This document shows positions 1-57,555 of a stretch of DNA of 57,649 bases, in pieces. The notes beneath the pieces were generated by a model. That model was not told where the DNA came from and did no database searches. It worked only from the letters and a program-made list of their open reading frames with translations. Position numbers and translations under genes: made by a program. The stretch comes from Prorocentrum cordatum (taxonomy: Eukaryota). The stretch spans positions 62,001-119,649 of the forward strand of contig CAUYUJ010000006.1 in NCBI GenBank assembly GCA_963575745.1, written 5' to 3'. Each line of letters starts with the position of its first letter. Positions within the stretch are counted from its first letter, which is position 1.

Positions 1-495
1 CTGATGATGATGATGCTGAATAGGATGATGATGATGCTGATGATGATGATGCTGACGATGGTGATTATGACGATGATTTTAATGATGCTGATGCTGATGA
101 TTATGCTGATGCTGCTGATGATGATTAGGAGGAGGAGGAGGAGGAAGACGAGGATCATGCGAAGAATGAGGAGGCGTATCAATACTAATAAACATAGTAA
201 GACTACGACTACTAATAATAAACATAATAATAATAGTAGTAATACTAATAGTAATAATAATAATAGTAATAATAATATTAATAATAATATTAATAATAAT
301 AACAACAATAAGAACAATAACATTAATATCATTACTATCAATAGAGTACTGGCCAATACAATAATGCAATTGAACATACTGGCAACACTAACCATCATAG
401 TAATAATAGTAATAATGTCAATACAAATAATACGATTAAGAATAATCTTACTACTTATTGTATTTCTATTAATTTTATTTCTATTAATAATGCTA
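1..495. repeat. Degenerate (GAT)n/(GAG)n/(AAT)n microsatellite field
   Basis: Direct inspection. Confidence 0.9.
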
Positions 496-2547
496 ATCGG
501 GGGTGGACAGAACCCCCAACAGTGACACGTAGATTAGTGCATTGTCCTTTTTCGGTACTCGAGAGGGCGCCGTTGCCGTTATTTTCCAGTCTTGCGCCCG
601 CCAGGTTTGGGCCTCAGGTCGTTTTCACTAACCACGTTTTGCTAAAGGGGGGTCTGTCCATCCCCGAGTTAATCAGCAACACATGAATACTAACAATAAT
701 CATAAGGAGGAGGAGGAGGAAGAGCAGGAGGAGTTGGAGCAGGAATGGTTGGGAATAGTACAGCTTAGCTTTTGCAATCCCGCGTGACACAAATGCTCGG
801 AGACGGCGGTACATCTTCCAGACAGAGTCAGGGGATAGTATACTATTCATGCTGTGCAATTCTGGAATCAGGGGGGACGTGGGGGGGAAGGAGTTGGCGG
901 CGAGAAGGGAGGGGAGGAATGAGGGCAATGAAACGCAGGCCGTCACGCGCTTCGGCTCCGCCAGTCGGTGATCCCTCCTCTGCAGCATAGGCGCCTGTCT
1001 TGGAGGAGGCGGCGCGGGCTGTGGAGGTAGGGAGGTCGCCGGCCGTGCGCGACCTGACCCAGGCCCACTGAGAGGGATATGGGGGGCAGGAGGACTCGGG
1101 CGAGGACGAGGGCATGGCCGTCTCGGTGCTGAAGGTGATCAGAGGGGGCGGCTGCGCGTTCCAGGACAAGGTGGAGGGCTCCACCCCGCGTCGCCGGCCT
1201 TGCCGTCGACGTGCGCGTACGGGCCGCGCCGTGGCTTTTCAGGACCTTGCCTGGAGCAGCCGTCCTCTGCGGCCCGCCTCTTGAGGTGGCAGTGGTGCTC
1301 TGCGCTCCACTTCCCTCGGAGGAGCGAGGAGACGTCGTCACAATGAGGTGCCCCAGCATGTTCGAGATTTCCAGCGTTTCCGCGATCTCCTGCTTGTTCC
1401 GCGCGGGCTGCGGAGACGAGGAACTCCAGAATCTCCGCCACGTGGCCTGAGCCAACCGTGCCTCGGGGGCCCCGAAACGGTTTGGTGACCACGCCGCGTG
1501 GTGAGGCAGTGGAGATTCGGGGTCTCCCGACGGTTTTGGGACTCGGCTCGGTCTCCGAGGACGTCTCGGGCGACTGTGGCCTCCAGGGTCCCAGAACCGT
1601 GCGGTGGCGGGCCGCGTGGTGAGGTCGCAGGGGATCCTGAGTTCACCATGCGGTCCGTCACCACACGGCTTTGGGGCACCGAAGTGTCGTGGCGTCCGTC
1701 TCGTTCGCCTCCACTCCCCGCAGCGGTGCCGCGCAGCCCCCCGCCTCTGCCTGCGGCGGGGCGGCGCCCCTGGCGTGCCTCGCCTGTGCCGCGCGCGAGC
1801 TCGGCACCCAAGCTGGGCCGAGAAGCTGGAGTCCGCCCCCCTCTACGCGCTCGTCTTGGCGCTCAGGCAGCGGGCTGGCCCTCCTCTTCCTCGTCCTCCT
1901 CGGTCTCTTCGTTTCTGGAGGATCTAGATGGGTACAGCAAGGGTGGTGACGAAGACCGACAGCAGTTCCTGTCCATTTTGGACGGGCCTTGCTGTCGATG
2001 TCGCCGCGGGCGCCTGCCCAACAGCAGCCGTTCTCGATTTTGGTCAGCACTCGCTGTTGGGCATAATGCCATTTTTTCCGTGCTTGTTTCGGGCGTCCGA
2101 GTCGTCGTTTTTCGATGGGGCCCCCCGCGGCGACCACAGCAGATGATCGCTAATAGCGGCTGGCGGTCTTTTGCGGTCATTCTCTCCTCCTTCGTTGGCC
2201 GTGCAGCATGTCCACCATGGAGCCTCCGCCAGACGGCACGGCGCTGTCGCCGCAGCTGTGGCAGTGGTGCTTTTGACTCCCTGGGTGAAGGTCTTCTTTG
2301 GTTCGTTTACCCTTTCGGGTTGAAGGGTCTTCCCGACACCCGACTCCGCGAACAGAGGTTGAGTTCACGCAGGGGGAAGGGACCGGAGGGGGCAGGGAGG
2401 ACGTCAGATATGGCGCGAGCGAACCTAGCTTGCCCTCGCCCCCCTCCCTCCCCCTCGGCTCTCTCCCGCTCCCCGTGGTCCTTCCCTATCCCGCGCCATT
2501 CCCGCCGCCCCCTCCGGCCTTCCCCCTCCCCAGCCGTGCGCCTGCAG

Positions 2548-46323
<43,776 letters not shown>

Positions 46324-46489
46324 TGATCCACAGCGACGGGCCTAGAAACACGAAAACAACGGATCTAAAGACGATAACACACCGTCGCGTTTTTGGTTTA
46401 AATTTGAGAAGCGTTCTCAGCTTGGCAAGAGCCCAAAGTGCAAAACGGTAAACAAAGCGCCCAGGGCGTTTTTGAATAAGACCTAGGCA

Positions 46490-46627
46490 CACCACCGCAC
46501 CACCACACCGCCACACCACACCACACCACACCACACCACACCCCACCCCACCCCACCCCACACCACACCACACCACACCACACCACACCACACCACACCA
46601 CACCACACCACACCACACCACACCACA
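46490..46627. repeat. (CACCA)n pentamer in the intergenic region
   Basis: Direct inspection. Confidence 0.95.
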
Positions 46628-47034
46628 GGAAATGGGGGATGGGGGGCCATCATGGAGGGGGGAACCGTAACCGTGGGAGGGGGGGGGGCCCTGGACCCTG
46701 GACTACATATCAACCGCTCCTCCTGAACCCAGGATCGGCATGCTTAGCCTTCCCCTGCCACGGAGCCCTCTCTCACAAGTCGAGCGCCTGTCTGAGAGGC
46801 CCTCCGCCTCAGAGCTCCCGCCCTCCCCCCCGTCTCCCTCTCGCGCCACCGTGGAGGAAGAGGAGAGAGGGAGGAGGGCGAGGGTGAGTGGAGGGGAGAG
46901 GGGGAGGAGGAAGGGTGAGGGGAGTAAGGGAAGGAAGAGGAGGAGAAGGAGGAGGAGGGGGAAGGGGCGGACTGGACCCGTGGCTGCAACGAGTGTCTCC
47001 CGATGCTCTGCGATGAGCAGCCAGCCGCCCCGCG

Positions 47035-47094
47035 ATGAGCAGTCAGCTGGTCGTCTATGGCAAGGGCCGCGGCAAGGGCATCGATGACCCGGAT
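47035..47094 (+). CDS. WDR33: WDR33 exon 1 MSSQLVVYGKGRGKGIDDPD
   Basis: ATG at 47035; gat|gc donor in frame with the 47701 exon. Confidence 0.7.
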
Positions 47095-48255
47095 GCGCGG
47101 CCTCCCTCATCGAGGATCGAGGATCGAAGTTCTTGGGCGTTTTTGGTCTTGTTTTGGGGTGTCTCCAGAACCTCCAGAGCCTCTGGGGCCCTGCTTGAGG
47201 ACATCCGAATGTTTGTGCTTATGCTGTTTTTTTGTTGCTCTGAGCATCGTTCTTCTCCATCTCTTTGTCATGATCGCACCGCCCAGCGCGCTTGCTCTCA
47301 AGTGCGCTGTGATTGCATCGCTGTCCTCTTCAGGGCGGGTGGATCGTCGCTCCCAGGCGTCGCCGATACGACACAAACTGGCAGCCCGCGTCTTTCTTAG
47401 CAGACCAGCTGTGCATTTTTCGGAGTCACATCCAGATATCTCACCTTCCTTCCCCGTCATTCTCCCTTCCACCCTTTCATGCTCCCGGCTCCCTGCTTCC
47501 TGCTCCCTCCTTTTCATTTCCACCACCCGCTGCTTTCTCGTTCCTCACTTACCCTTCTCCCATTCTCCCCTTCTCTCCCCTTGTCCACTCCTCTCCCCTC
47601 GTCCCTCCTCCCTCCCTGTTCGCTCTTACTTCCTTCCTTCTCCCCGTCGTCCCTCCGCTGCCTCCCTCCTCCCTCTGCTGCTGCTCTTTCCTCGCGCGAG
47701 TCGAAGAGACTGGCGAAGCGCACGATCGACTACAACTCCAACGCCGTGAGATGGCTCGAGGACTGCGTGTCGCGCCGAGTGCCCAGGCAGCTCCGCCACC
47801 CTTGGACGCCAGAGAGGGAAGAAGGTGGGAGTGAGGATGAAGCAACGGCTAGGGATGGCGATGCTGATGATAATGATGATGATGATGATGACGACGACGA
47901 TGATGATGATGCTGATGATGATGCTGATGATGATGCGGATGATGATGAACAGGCTGTTGATGTTGATGCTGCTGATGAAGGTGATGCTGATGCTGATGAG
48001 GATGAGGACGAGGATGAGGATGATGCTGCTGCTGATGATGCTGCTAATGATGATGAGGGTGATGATGCTGATGATGATGAGGCTGCTTTTTTTGATGATA
48101 ATGGTGGTGATCCTGCTGCTGATGATGCTGTTGCTGCTGCTGCTGCTGCTGGTGACTGTGATTACGACAACGATTACGATTACTGTTTGTGATGGTGGTG
48201 GTGATTGTGATGCGGTGGTGGTGATGATGATGATATTGATTATGATGATGATGAC

Positions 48256-48302
<47 letters not shown>

Positions 48303-48342
48303 GGATGATGATGATGACGATGCTGACGATGATTACGACGAC

Positions 48343-48403
<61 letters not shown>

Positions 48404-48810
48404 GCGATGGTGATGGTGATGGTGATGGTGATGGTGATGGTGATGGTGATGGTGATGCGGTGGTGGTCGTGATGATGTTGGTGGTGATGACGATGGTGAT
48501 GGTGATGGTTGTGAAGATGATGATGAGGTCGATGACCTGAAAGATGAGGATCAGGAGGATGATCAGGAGGAGAAGGAGGAGGTGGGAAAGGGGAGGGGGG
48601 AGGATGGGGAGATGTGCGACTGTGTGTGTGTGTGTGTGTGGAGATACGCGCGTCTCGGCTCGATTTCGCTTTTTGCCCAAAGTCGTTGCGCATCTCTTGC
48701 TGGCCGCCAGAGCCACCTGCACCTCATAGGCGAGGCCTGTTTTTTTGTTTGATGGGGTCTCTGCTCACAGCAGGCAGGCTTGATATGTACGCTCTCATTG
48801 CGAACATGGC

Positions 48811-48885
<75 letters not shown>

Positions 48886-48888
48886 TGC

Positions 48889-48931
<43 letters not shown>

Positions 48932-50250
48932 TTGCAGCTGTGTTGCCTGCTGCCCTTCCTCTCGTCAGCGGTTGTGGGTACTCGAGTACCACCTCACTTC
49001 GGCAATGGGCCGCGTGGGTATTTTCGCCGACGCCTGCGTTGCCTTGCCACGGAGTGCTCGCCGCTCTCGTTGTCGCCCCACCAGCTGGGTATCTGGTCGC
49101 TCCTCTGTGGCCACGGTGCTTTCCTCCTTCGTTCGCCTACCTCGCACCCTCAAGTGGGCTGCGGTCGATGGGGATTGAGCGCTTCTCTCTTCCTGCAGCG
49201 GTGCGTGTGGCCCGCCCACACCGTCTTGCATCGCCTTCGGCATCTTCCACGTGCATCCGTTTCGGCGGCTTTTTACTGCATGCGTCAGCCACGTCCACAC
49301 CGTCTTGCATTACCTTCGGCATTTTCCACGGTCCACGTGCATCCGCTTTCGTACGGCATGCGCCAGCTACGTCCTGACCACCCATCTGCGATGCCATGTG
49401 GTACTCGAAATTGGCGTGGCCCGCCCCCAGGACACGCTGCGGTGGTACGCGCGAAGCTGCGGACTGAATGTACGTGTTATACAATTTGTGTGTATATATA
49501 TGTATAGGTAGCTTCATATGCAATGTTAGCAAGCGTGGACCCCAAACAGGTGTGACCTCGTATTATTTGCAGTGTAAATATGTGGTGCAATGTACGTGGT
49601 CCAAAATATGTTGGGCAATGCAGGTGGTTCAATCTATCTGGTGCACTTCAGCTTACCGAGATTGAAGGTGTCGACTCCACTGCTCGCGCAATCATCCCAC
49701 CCACCCACCTGCAATTGGCTTTGCAAAGCCCATGCGGAAGCGATTGCGATGAGAGCTTGGTGTTGGCTGGTGCGTCTCTGCGGCCGCACTGACCCACGCG
49801 CGCAGCAGCCATCTAGTTTGGCGTGGCCGACGCGAACGCGGTGGCGCTAACCGCTCGGCACATCTCAGCGGGCTTTCCAGTGCGACTCGGCGACTTGGGC
49901 GGGCGCGGTATCATGGCAACGTCGACAACGGTAAGCACGACGATGATAATAACGATGCTGGTGGCGATGCTGACAGCGACGACGGGGCAGCCAGTGACGA
50001 CGCCGATGCTGATAACGCCGACGACGACGACGGCGTCTTCGCGTCGGTGAGGAAGGTTTTGGAAGGAGTTCGACATGCGCGTGCGGCAGTCGCGCGAGCG
50101 TGGCCCGCATGTTTTTTTTGCTGGCGCGGATCGTGCCACCCCAGCGCGCGCGAAAGCGTTCGAACGATTTCGACATGCGCGCGCGAAGCCTGTTTGGTAG
50201 CATTATTTGACAATGTTGAAAACCGATGGTACAGAACGTGCACTCACATT

Positions 50251-50294
<44 letters not shown>

Positions 50295-52625
50295 AATATT
50301 ATTAAAAATATACATATATATACATATAAATAAAAAATAATATATATATATATAATTTGTGTTGTTTTTTTTGTTTTGAAAGTCATATGCTAGAAACCTG
50401 TTGCGACACCCTGTGCTTTCATAGGTTTTTTGTTTTGCCACTCGATTTTGAAATTCTTACGACGCCGCATTTTTTGAAGGCGTGCGCGCGCGACGGCGCG
50501 CGCGTATGCATTTCGTCCCGTTTCTTTTGCAGGGGATATATATGAACACTTTTTTATAAACGAGTGTGCGAGCGTAGTTTTTTTCCAGAATGACGGGGGG
50601 CGATACCGACCTTCTTAGGATGGCACGAACTCATATTTAGGATGGACGACGGGGCAAACCAGTAAACTCATTGCAGTACGAAAATGGTTGCCGATAGTCC
50701 CGGGGGGGAGAGTCTGTCTTTTTAGAAATTGGGAATCTCCGTGGTACAAGTCACCCTGCCGAACTTGGGGTTGTCAACTCCACTGCTCGCCCAATCATCC
50801 CACCCACCCACCAACCCGCAACTTTGTTTGAACTCCCCCCCGCGGCGATTGCGATGGCTGTCTGGCGCTGGCTGGCGCATCGCTGCGGCCGCGCTACCGC
50901 GCGCAGGCTCGCGCGCAGAGCGGCCAGCTAGTCTGGCGCGACTGACGCGGCCGCGGTGGCGCTGACCGCTGGGGACTTCCCAGCGCGTCTCGCAGGCCGC
51001 GCTGACGCGCGGGCACTTCGGGGCGAGTCGGTGATCTGGGCGGGCGCAGCATCATGGCGACGTCGACAACGGCAGGCGCGATGATGATAGTTGCGACACT
51101 GGTGACGACGATGACGAAGTCGACGGCAAAGCCAATGATGGCGCCGATGCTGATCACGCCGGTGACGAGGATTGTGTCCAGGTGTCGGTTATGAAGGTAT
51201 CGGGATGATTTCGACATGTTCGCGCGGCCGACGGGGGCGACTGGCCTGTATGATATTATGCGGCAGGGACCATGGCCCCCCATCGCGCGTGCATTGCGTT
51301 CGACTGATTTCGACATGCGCGCCCGACAGTGCCGCTTTGTCGCGTTTGGCACTTTAAAAAACAGTGTATGTTTCGTAAGATTTCGACCCCAGAAGAAAAT
51401 CGGCGGTGTGCCCAGGGGGAAGGCAGAGTGGACGGGCCTGCTCAGAAGGCACAGAGGGCGTCGTTTTCTGGGAAGCTTTTCTCAGCCTCTATGGAAGGGA
51501 CAGGCGGTTTTTCAGAAGGCGGGAGGGCCATTGAGAAACCCCGCGACCTTCTAGGAAGGCCTGCCCTTTCTCACTTTCCCGCTCGGTGTGCCGCAGAGAA
51601 ATTTGGTCCCATCCTTTTTTTTGTCCTCCTTCTTCTTCTTCTTCTTCTTCTTCTTCTTCTTCTTCTTCATTTTCCATGACAAATCTCCATTCGCCAGCGC
51701 TGCCAGAGCGGCTCCAGGGTTCGGGCGGGGCCACAGAGGATTTGGGCGCCCCCTCCACCGCCCTTGGAGGCGGCGGTGGGCCTGAGGAAGGCCAAGACCG
51801 CAACGCCACCGTCCGGAGGGCGGGGAGCTGTCGAGATGATGATGGTGGTGGTGTTGGTGGTGGTGACGACGACGACATCGACGATGTTGTTGACGATGGT
51901 GATGATGGTGATGGTGATGGGGGTGATGATGATGATGACAATGGTGGTGGTGCTGCTGCTGACCACAACGACGATTCTGGTTATGCCGGTGATGGTGATG
52001 ATGGTGGTGGTGGTGACGACGACTATGATGATGATGGTGGTGATGGCGGTGGTGGTGGTGACGACGACGATTCTGCTGCTGATGATGATGATGATGATGG
52101 TAATGATGATGATGAAGAAGAAGAAGGCGATGATGATGCTGATGCTGAATAACATTGTGACATTGATATTGATTTTGATGATGATGATGATGACGATGAC
52201 AATGGTGGTAGTGGTGGTGGTGGTTGTGATACTGCTGCTGCTGACGATGAGAATGATAATGAGGAGGATTCTGATTTTGATGATGATAAATATGATGATG
52301 CTGCTGATGATGATGATGCTGATCATACTGATGATGCTGATGATGATGGTGATGATGCTGATGATGATGATATGATGATGCTGATGATGACGATGACGAT
52401 GATGATGATGCTGATGATGATGACGATGATGATGATAGTGATGCTGATGATGCTGATGATGATACGGACGATGACGATTATGCTTTTGATGCTGATGATG
52501 CTGTTGATGATGCTGCTGATGATGATGACGATGACGATGATGATGATGATGCTGATGATGGTAATGATGCTTATGATGCTGATGATGATGAGGATGAGGA
52601 CGATGACAATGACGATGACGGTGAC

Positions 52626-52659
<34 letters not shown>

Positions 52660-52761
52660 CTGCTCCTGATGCTGATGATGCTGATGCTGATGCTGCTGAT
52701 GCTGCTGATGATGCTGCTGATGATGATGACGAAGATGACGATGATGATGCTGCTGCTGATG

Positions 52762-52795
<34 letters not shown>

Positions 52796-52802
52796 CGCTG
52801 CT

Positions 52803-52847
<45 letters not shown>

Positions 52848-52848
52848 C

Positions 52849-52913
<65 letters not shown>

Positions 52914-55737
52914 GGTGGTGGTGGTGGTGGTGGTGGTGCTGCTGCTGATGATGACGGTGATTACGACAACGATTACGGCTACTGTTGATGATGGTGATGA
53001 TGATGCGGAGGAGGATGAGGATAAGTGGCAATAAGAGGACGAGCTCTTCCCGGCCCCTCCAGGCATCGCCTTCAGCCGCATTACAGCTACACGAAGGACG
53101 GGGGGGAAGTCATCCGCTGGCCTGCCCTCCCTCTCCATCACCCCCTTCCCTCGCCGCTCCCGCCTCCCCTGTCACCATTCACCCCGCCCTTCTCCTTCCC
53201 CCGCCTCCCTGCCACTCCGTCCCCTCTCGCACTCTTTTGCTTCCCCCCCCCGTCTCCCCCTCTTCCGCACCGCCGCAGGAGGAGGAGGAGGAGGAGGAGG
53301 AGGAGGAGGAGGAGGAGGAGGAGGAGGAGGAGGAGGAGGAGGAGGAGGAGGAGGAGGAGGAGGAGGAGAAGAGAGGAGGAGAGAGAGGAGGAGGGGGAGA
53401 GGGGGGAGGAGGAGGAGGAGGAGGAGGGGAGGAGGAGGAGAGAGGAGGAAGAGGAGGAGGAGGAGGATGAGGAGGAGGAGGAGGAGCTCCCCAAGGTCGC
53501 CTTCCTCTTCCCTCCCCGCCCTCCTCCTGCCCCCCCCCCCCCGTCGCCTTCCCCTTGCCCCCCCCCCCGCCCTGCGGCGGGCACTCCAGACGCCGAGTGG
53601 GCGAGGCGCCCCCTCCCCTCCTTCATCGAGTACGTAGCGATCCCCGTTCCACGGGGGGGAGCCAGGGCGAGGCCAGAGCTGTGATTTGGGGACCTCCTGG
53701 GCCCTCTTGGGGGCGTCGGGGGCCGTCTCGGGGCCCCGCTGTGGGGGCCTTGGGGTCTGTCTTGGACGTTCGTGCGACCGAAAGGCCGAGAATGCCAGAG
53801 TCACGCAACCAACGTCAGGTTTTTCCATGATCACTGCATCGTGGGATGGCCCCAGGGCATCCAAGACGGCCCAAGAGTCGCCCGAGAGAGATTCAGCACG
53901 ACCCCGCGACACCATATGCTGGCAGGCTGGACGCCCAACCACGACCCCGAGGCCTTCAGACAGGTCATTCGAGAAACCTGGGAAGCGCCCAGGAGCTCCG
54001 AAGCAGTTAGGGAAAGTGTATTCATGCTCCTTAATACAGAGAGCTCGCAGGAACCTTAGAACACTCCACTCAGTGCCTCTTGCATGGTGGCGGATACGTT
54101 CACATTCGCACGCACCATCACACACTTGTTCCTCTCCGACGCAGGGGTGGGTTGCAGCTGGAGCTGAAAAGTCAAGCATGGGCACTGTGCCCACCTTTAT
54201 GGGCGCGTGCGAGGAACAGTCACTCCCAAACGAGCGCCGGGCGCAGCCGACCAGTGCGCTGCTAAAGTGCAGGCGGTGCAAGAGAAGGGTAAGGAAATCA
54301 CGCTGGGGAGGGGGAGGGGCGAAGGGCAGAGGACAGCCGGCATGCCCGTGGGATACACACATTTTTTGGTCGGCGGGTCGGGAGCGGGCCTCTTCCGGTC
54401 AAGAGCTGAACGGGACGCGGGTAGCCCTAATTGGGGAGACAGGGCGCGGGCGGGCGGGGCCTCAGGCGGCCGGAGGGCTCAGGAAACAGTCGGTGCCGAA
54501 GATCTTGCACAGGAAAAGGTGCGCCGTGGACTGCGTGGGATACACACACACACGCTTTTAGTCATGCACGCCCGGTCACCCGTGGGGGTGCGAAGACAGT
54601 TCGGTTCGCGCGTCCGGGTTCGCGCGTCGCGGCCTGGGCCAGAGCGGCTGCCCTTCTCGAATGGGGCGGCGCGAGGGCCCGAGGGTGCGGAGATGATCAC
54701 GCGTCGCGCACCGCGGGGCGCGATGCGCTAAGTTGGGCCCCCTGGTACACGCGTGTGTTAGTAGGAAGCGGTAAGAAGGGGTCGTTCACCCCGCACGGGA
54801 TTCTCCAAGGAGCGGAGAACGTTAGAGAGCATTTTGCAGAGGCTGAGTCGGCGTCGTCCAAACGCACTTGTACGACGCGTGCGTCGCCTCCGACAAGGCG
54901 GATGCGCGCGCCCGGAAATCTGGAGGTACATGCCCGTCGGCGGGCGCTTTATGGCAAATGCCGCCTGGGTATCGATACACAGGAAGATGTTTGTACTATG
55001 CATTCGGTTCGGACTTGCGCCTCCGAGGGGGCGCAGAGTGTGTCCTTCTGGGGCCCACGGAATCGGGAAAGGCAATGCGTTCATAACACAATAACTCCGC
55101 GAGGAGAAGTGGGCACCGTCGAAGTCGGTGCATGCTTTCTGACATGTGGAGAATGGGGCCGCAAGGAGTGCTTCATGCCAGGAGGAGAAGTTGTGTGGTG
55201 CGTGTGGGAAGAGGAGGAGGAGCAGGAGCAGGAGGAGGGGGAGGAGGAGGAGGAGCCGGAGCAGGAGGAGGGGGAGGAGGAGGAGCAGGAGCAGGAGAAG
55301 GGGGAGGAGGAGGAGAAAAGGAGGAGGAGGAGGAGGAGGAAAAGGAGGAGGAGGAGGAAAAGGAGGAGGAGGAGGACGAGGAGGACGAGGTACGTGGCAG
55401 CTCCGACCATCGGACAGCATATTGCCTGCGTCGCGAGGAGGATGATGATGATGATGATGATGAGGAGGAGGAGGAGGAGGAGGAGGTCGAGGAGGAGGAG
55501 GAGCAGGAGCAGGAGGAGAAGCAGGAGCAGGAGGGGGAGGAGGAGACGCAGGAGGAGGAGGAGGAGGAGGAGGACGAAGAGGAGGATGATCAGGAGGAGG
55601 AGGAGGAGGAGGAGTTCGGTATGTCAGATCCGCGGTCACACCGGCTCGAGGACCTCATGCCCCCGTTCGCCACGCAGCACAGCCCGTACGACTCCATCTG
55701 CCCGCGCTTCGTGCACGCCTCTGCCAACAAGAACAGG
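47035..55737 (+). CDS. WDR33: pre-mRNA 3' end processing WD40 protein WDR33/Pfs2/FY, 5' part (continues beyond window)
   Basis: Joined exons give MSSQLVVYGKGRGKGIDDPDSKRLAKRTIDYNSNAVRWLEDCVSRRVGEAPPPLLHHPRSHRLEDLMPPFATQHSPYDSICPRFVHASANKNR. This matches recalled WDR33 N-terminal motifs RKTIDYN...ikyLE and DLvPP.....P.....kFVrtS.NK. Confidence 0.9.
47701..47771 (+). CDS. WDR33: WDR33 exon SKRLAKRTIDYNSNAVRWLEDCV(S)
   Basis: cgag|tcg acceptor (alternatives at 47707 and 47709); tc|gc donor; conserved TIDYN motif. Confidence 0.9.
47855..48930. repeat. Degenerate (GAT)n field and (TG)n/(CGTG)n
   Basis: Direct inspection. Confidence 0.9.
49665..51360 (+). repeat. Two diverged copies (~550 bp) of a repeat: 49665-50225 and 50768-51360
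   Basis: Shared actccactgctcgc.caatcatcccacccacccacc, atcatggc.acgtcgacaacgg and gatttcgacatgcgcgc in the same order. Confidence 0.85.
51835..53486. repeat. Degenerate (GAT)n/(GGT)n and (GAG)n fields
   Basis: Direct inspection. Confidence 0.95.
53590..53627 (+). CDS. WDR33: WDR33 exon RRVGEAPPPLLH
   Basis: ctccag|a, c|ga; phases 2/1 bridge the flanking conserved exons with about the expected spacing. Confidence 0.65.
54356..54545 (+). repeat. Dispersed repeat, homologous to ~2747-2970
   Basis: Shared blocks acacattttttggtc, cctcttccggt, attggggagacag, ggcgggcggggcctcaggcggccggaggg. Confidence 0.8.
55628..55737 (+). CDS. WDR33: WDR33 exon (H)PRSHRLEDLMPPFATQHSPYDSICPRFVHASANKNR
   Basis: gtcag|at, agg|gc; conserved DLxPP and FVxxSxNK motifs. 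Confidence 0.92.
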
Positions 55738-57475
55738 GCGAGCCCGTCCTCTCTCACGCCTCCCCTCGCGAGGAAGGAGGGGGGGATGCAGCATGGTGCG
55801 TCTGCCAATCCCCGTGGCTTCCAGGCGCGCCCTGCCCAGTAGGACACGACTGTTCCTGTCCCCTCTGCGCCCTGGCCCTGGGCTCTAGGGTGCCCCAGCA
55901 CCCCATCAGGGTCCACTTCGATCCGCTCGATCCGATATGATGTTGATTTCGGTCGGCTCGATCCAGTTCGGTGCCGACGTTCCTACGACCCGATGCTTGC
56001 ACGGCGCTGTTGGCATGCTGGCGCGGCCGACTGAAGTCGACGGACGTTCGACGCAGAATCGACGCATAAGTGGAGCGATTGGCTCCACGAAGGTCCCCAC
56101 AACGAGCATCTAACCCACGTCCCGCCTCCACCACCTTCTCTGTTTACGTCAGCCCAGCGTCGACCTCAGAGCCGTTGTCTCTGTTTTATTGTGCAGCAGT
56201 TGCAATCGCTTGGCAAATGAAGAAGGCAACGATACCTCGGAACGCAGGAGCCTACGCGAGCGAAAGCCGAAAGTGGTGGCGGAACCAACTACTGCTGCAA
56301 TGCAACAGGTGCCTCCCCATCTTTTCTCCTCCTGGAGGGTTGGTCATGGCCCCCACAGCCCGCCTCGTCCTTCTTTCCTATTATTCAATCGCTTCGCTCA
56401 TTCCGCCGGCCCATATTGCATGATCGCTACTGCTGCTTCGCCGTGGGCTCGGAGACATTGTGGCGCCGCCGAGGAGGAGGAAGATGAGGATGGGGAAGGG
56501 GAGGGGAGGAGGAGGAGAGGATGAGAAAGAGAGGAGGAGGATGAAGATAAGTAGGAGGAGGAGGAGGAGGCGGAGGAGGAAGCCTCTCGTTGGCATCTTG
56601 TGTTGCTCTTGGGGCCAAACAGGGTCGTCGTCAAGATGCTTCTTTGGGAGGCCTCTTGGGGTCTTTCGAGAAGCCGTTCGGGGGCGCCTGGCAGGCATTC
56701 TTGAACTCTTTGGGGCCTCTAGGGGCTTCTTTTGGGCCTCCTGGGGGCCTCCTGGGGCCTCTCAGGGGCCTCTTGGCGGCATCTTGGGGCCTCTTGGGGG
56801 CCTCTCGGGACCTCCTCGGCCCCTCTTGGGGCGGAAGGCTCGAGTTTTCGGTTCGTGGTCCCCCTCTTGGGCCCCTCTTGGGACCGTCTTGGGGCTCTCT
56901 TGGGCCGTCATGGGCGCCTCTTGGGCGTCTCGGGGCCCTCTTGGCCCGTCTTGGGGCCCTCTTGGAAGCCTCTTGGCCCGTCTTGGGGCGCTCTTTGGGG
57001 CCTCTTGGGCCGTCTTGGAGCATCAGAAAGCCGAAAAGGCGACAAGGCCAACATCCTTCCAAGACTATCGAAAGTTGATGATTTTGGCCTCTCGGGGCCC
57101 TGCCGTGAGGCCTCTTGGAGGCCACTTGGAGGTCTCTTGGGCAGTCTTGGGGTCATCTTCGGCGTCTTGGAGCGCTCTTTGGGCGTCTCGGGGGCCTCTT
57201 GGGCAGTCTCGGGGGTCTCTTGGGGCCCTCTTGGCGCGCTCGTGGGGCCCGAGAGACCGCGCCCAGGAAAACCATCTCCGAGTCGGACCGCCCGGGACCT
57301 TGCCGGGACCTTGCCGGGGTATTTTTCGTGCGGGGACCCCCAGGGGCCGCCCCGCGCGCGCGAGCTAGAAAAAATGTTAATCAGTTACCGGAGATCGTCC
57401 TTCTTTCCTATTATTTCCAACGGAGTCCTTGAACATGCATGGGAGAGGACTTACGGCCGGAGCCGCCGACCCTGA

Positions 57476-57482
57476 ATGACGA

Positions 57483-57514
<32 letters not shown>

Positions 57515-57555
57515 ACTACGACCACGACCACGACGACGACGACGATGACGGCGAG

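Noticed and set aside
991..1180. + strand frame with RGGGCAFQDKV (PA-domain-like) and an in-frame TGA
   Set aside because: Single short motif, internal stop, no SECIS evidence, and no link to the C2 gene frame
47357..47380. Extra WDR33 exon ASPIRHKL, implying a non-AG (TG) acceptor with an ACTGGC direct repeat
   Set aside because: A direct GC-AG join of 47094 to 47701 explains the protein without non-canonical sites
56309..56345. Possible next WDR33 exon (R)CLPIFSPPGG
   Set aside because: Acceptor is plausible but the peptide does not match the expected P(V/I)..v.WtPeGRRL; the true exon is probably beyond the window
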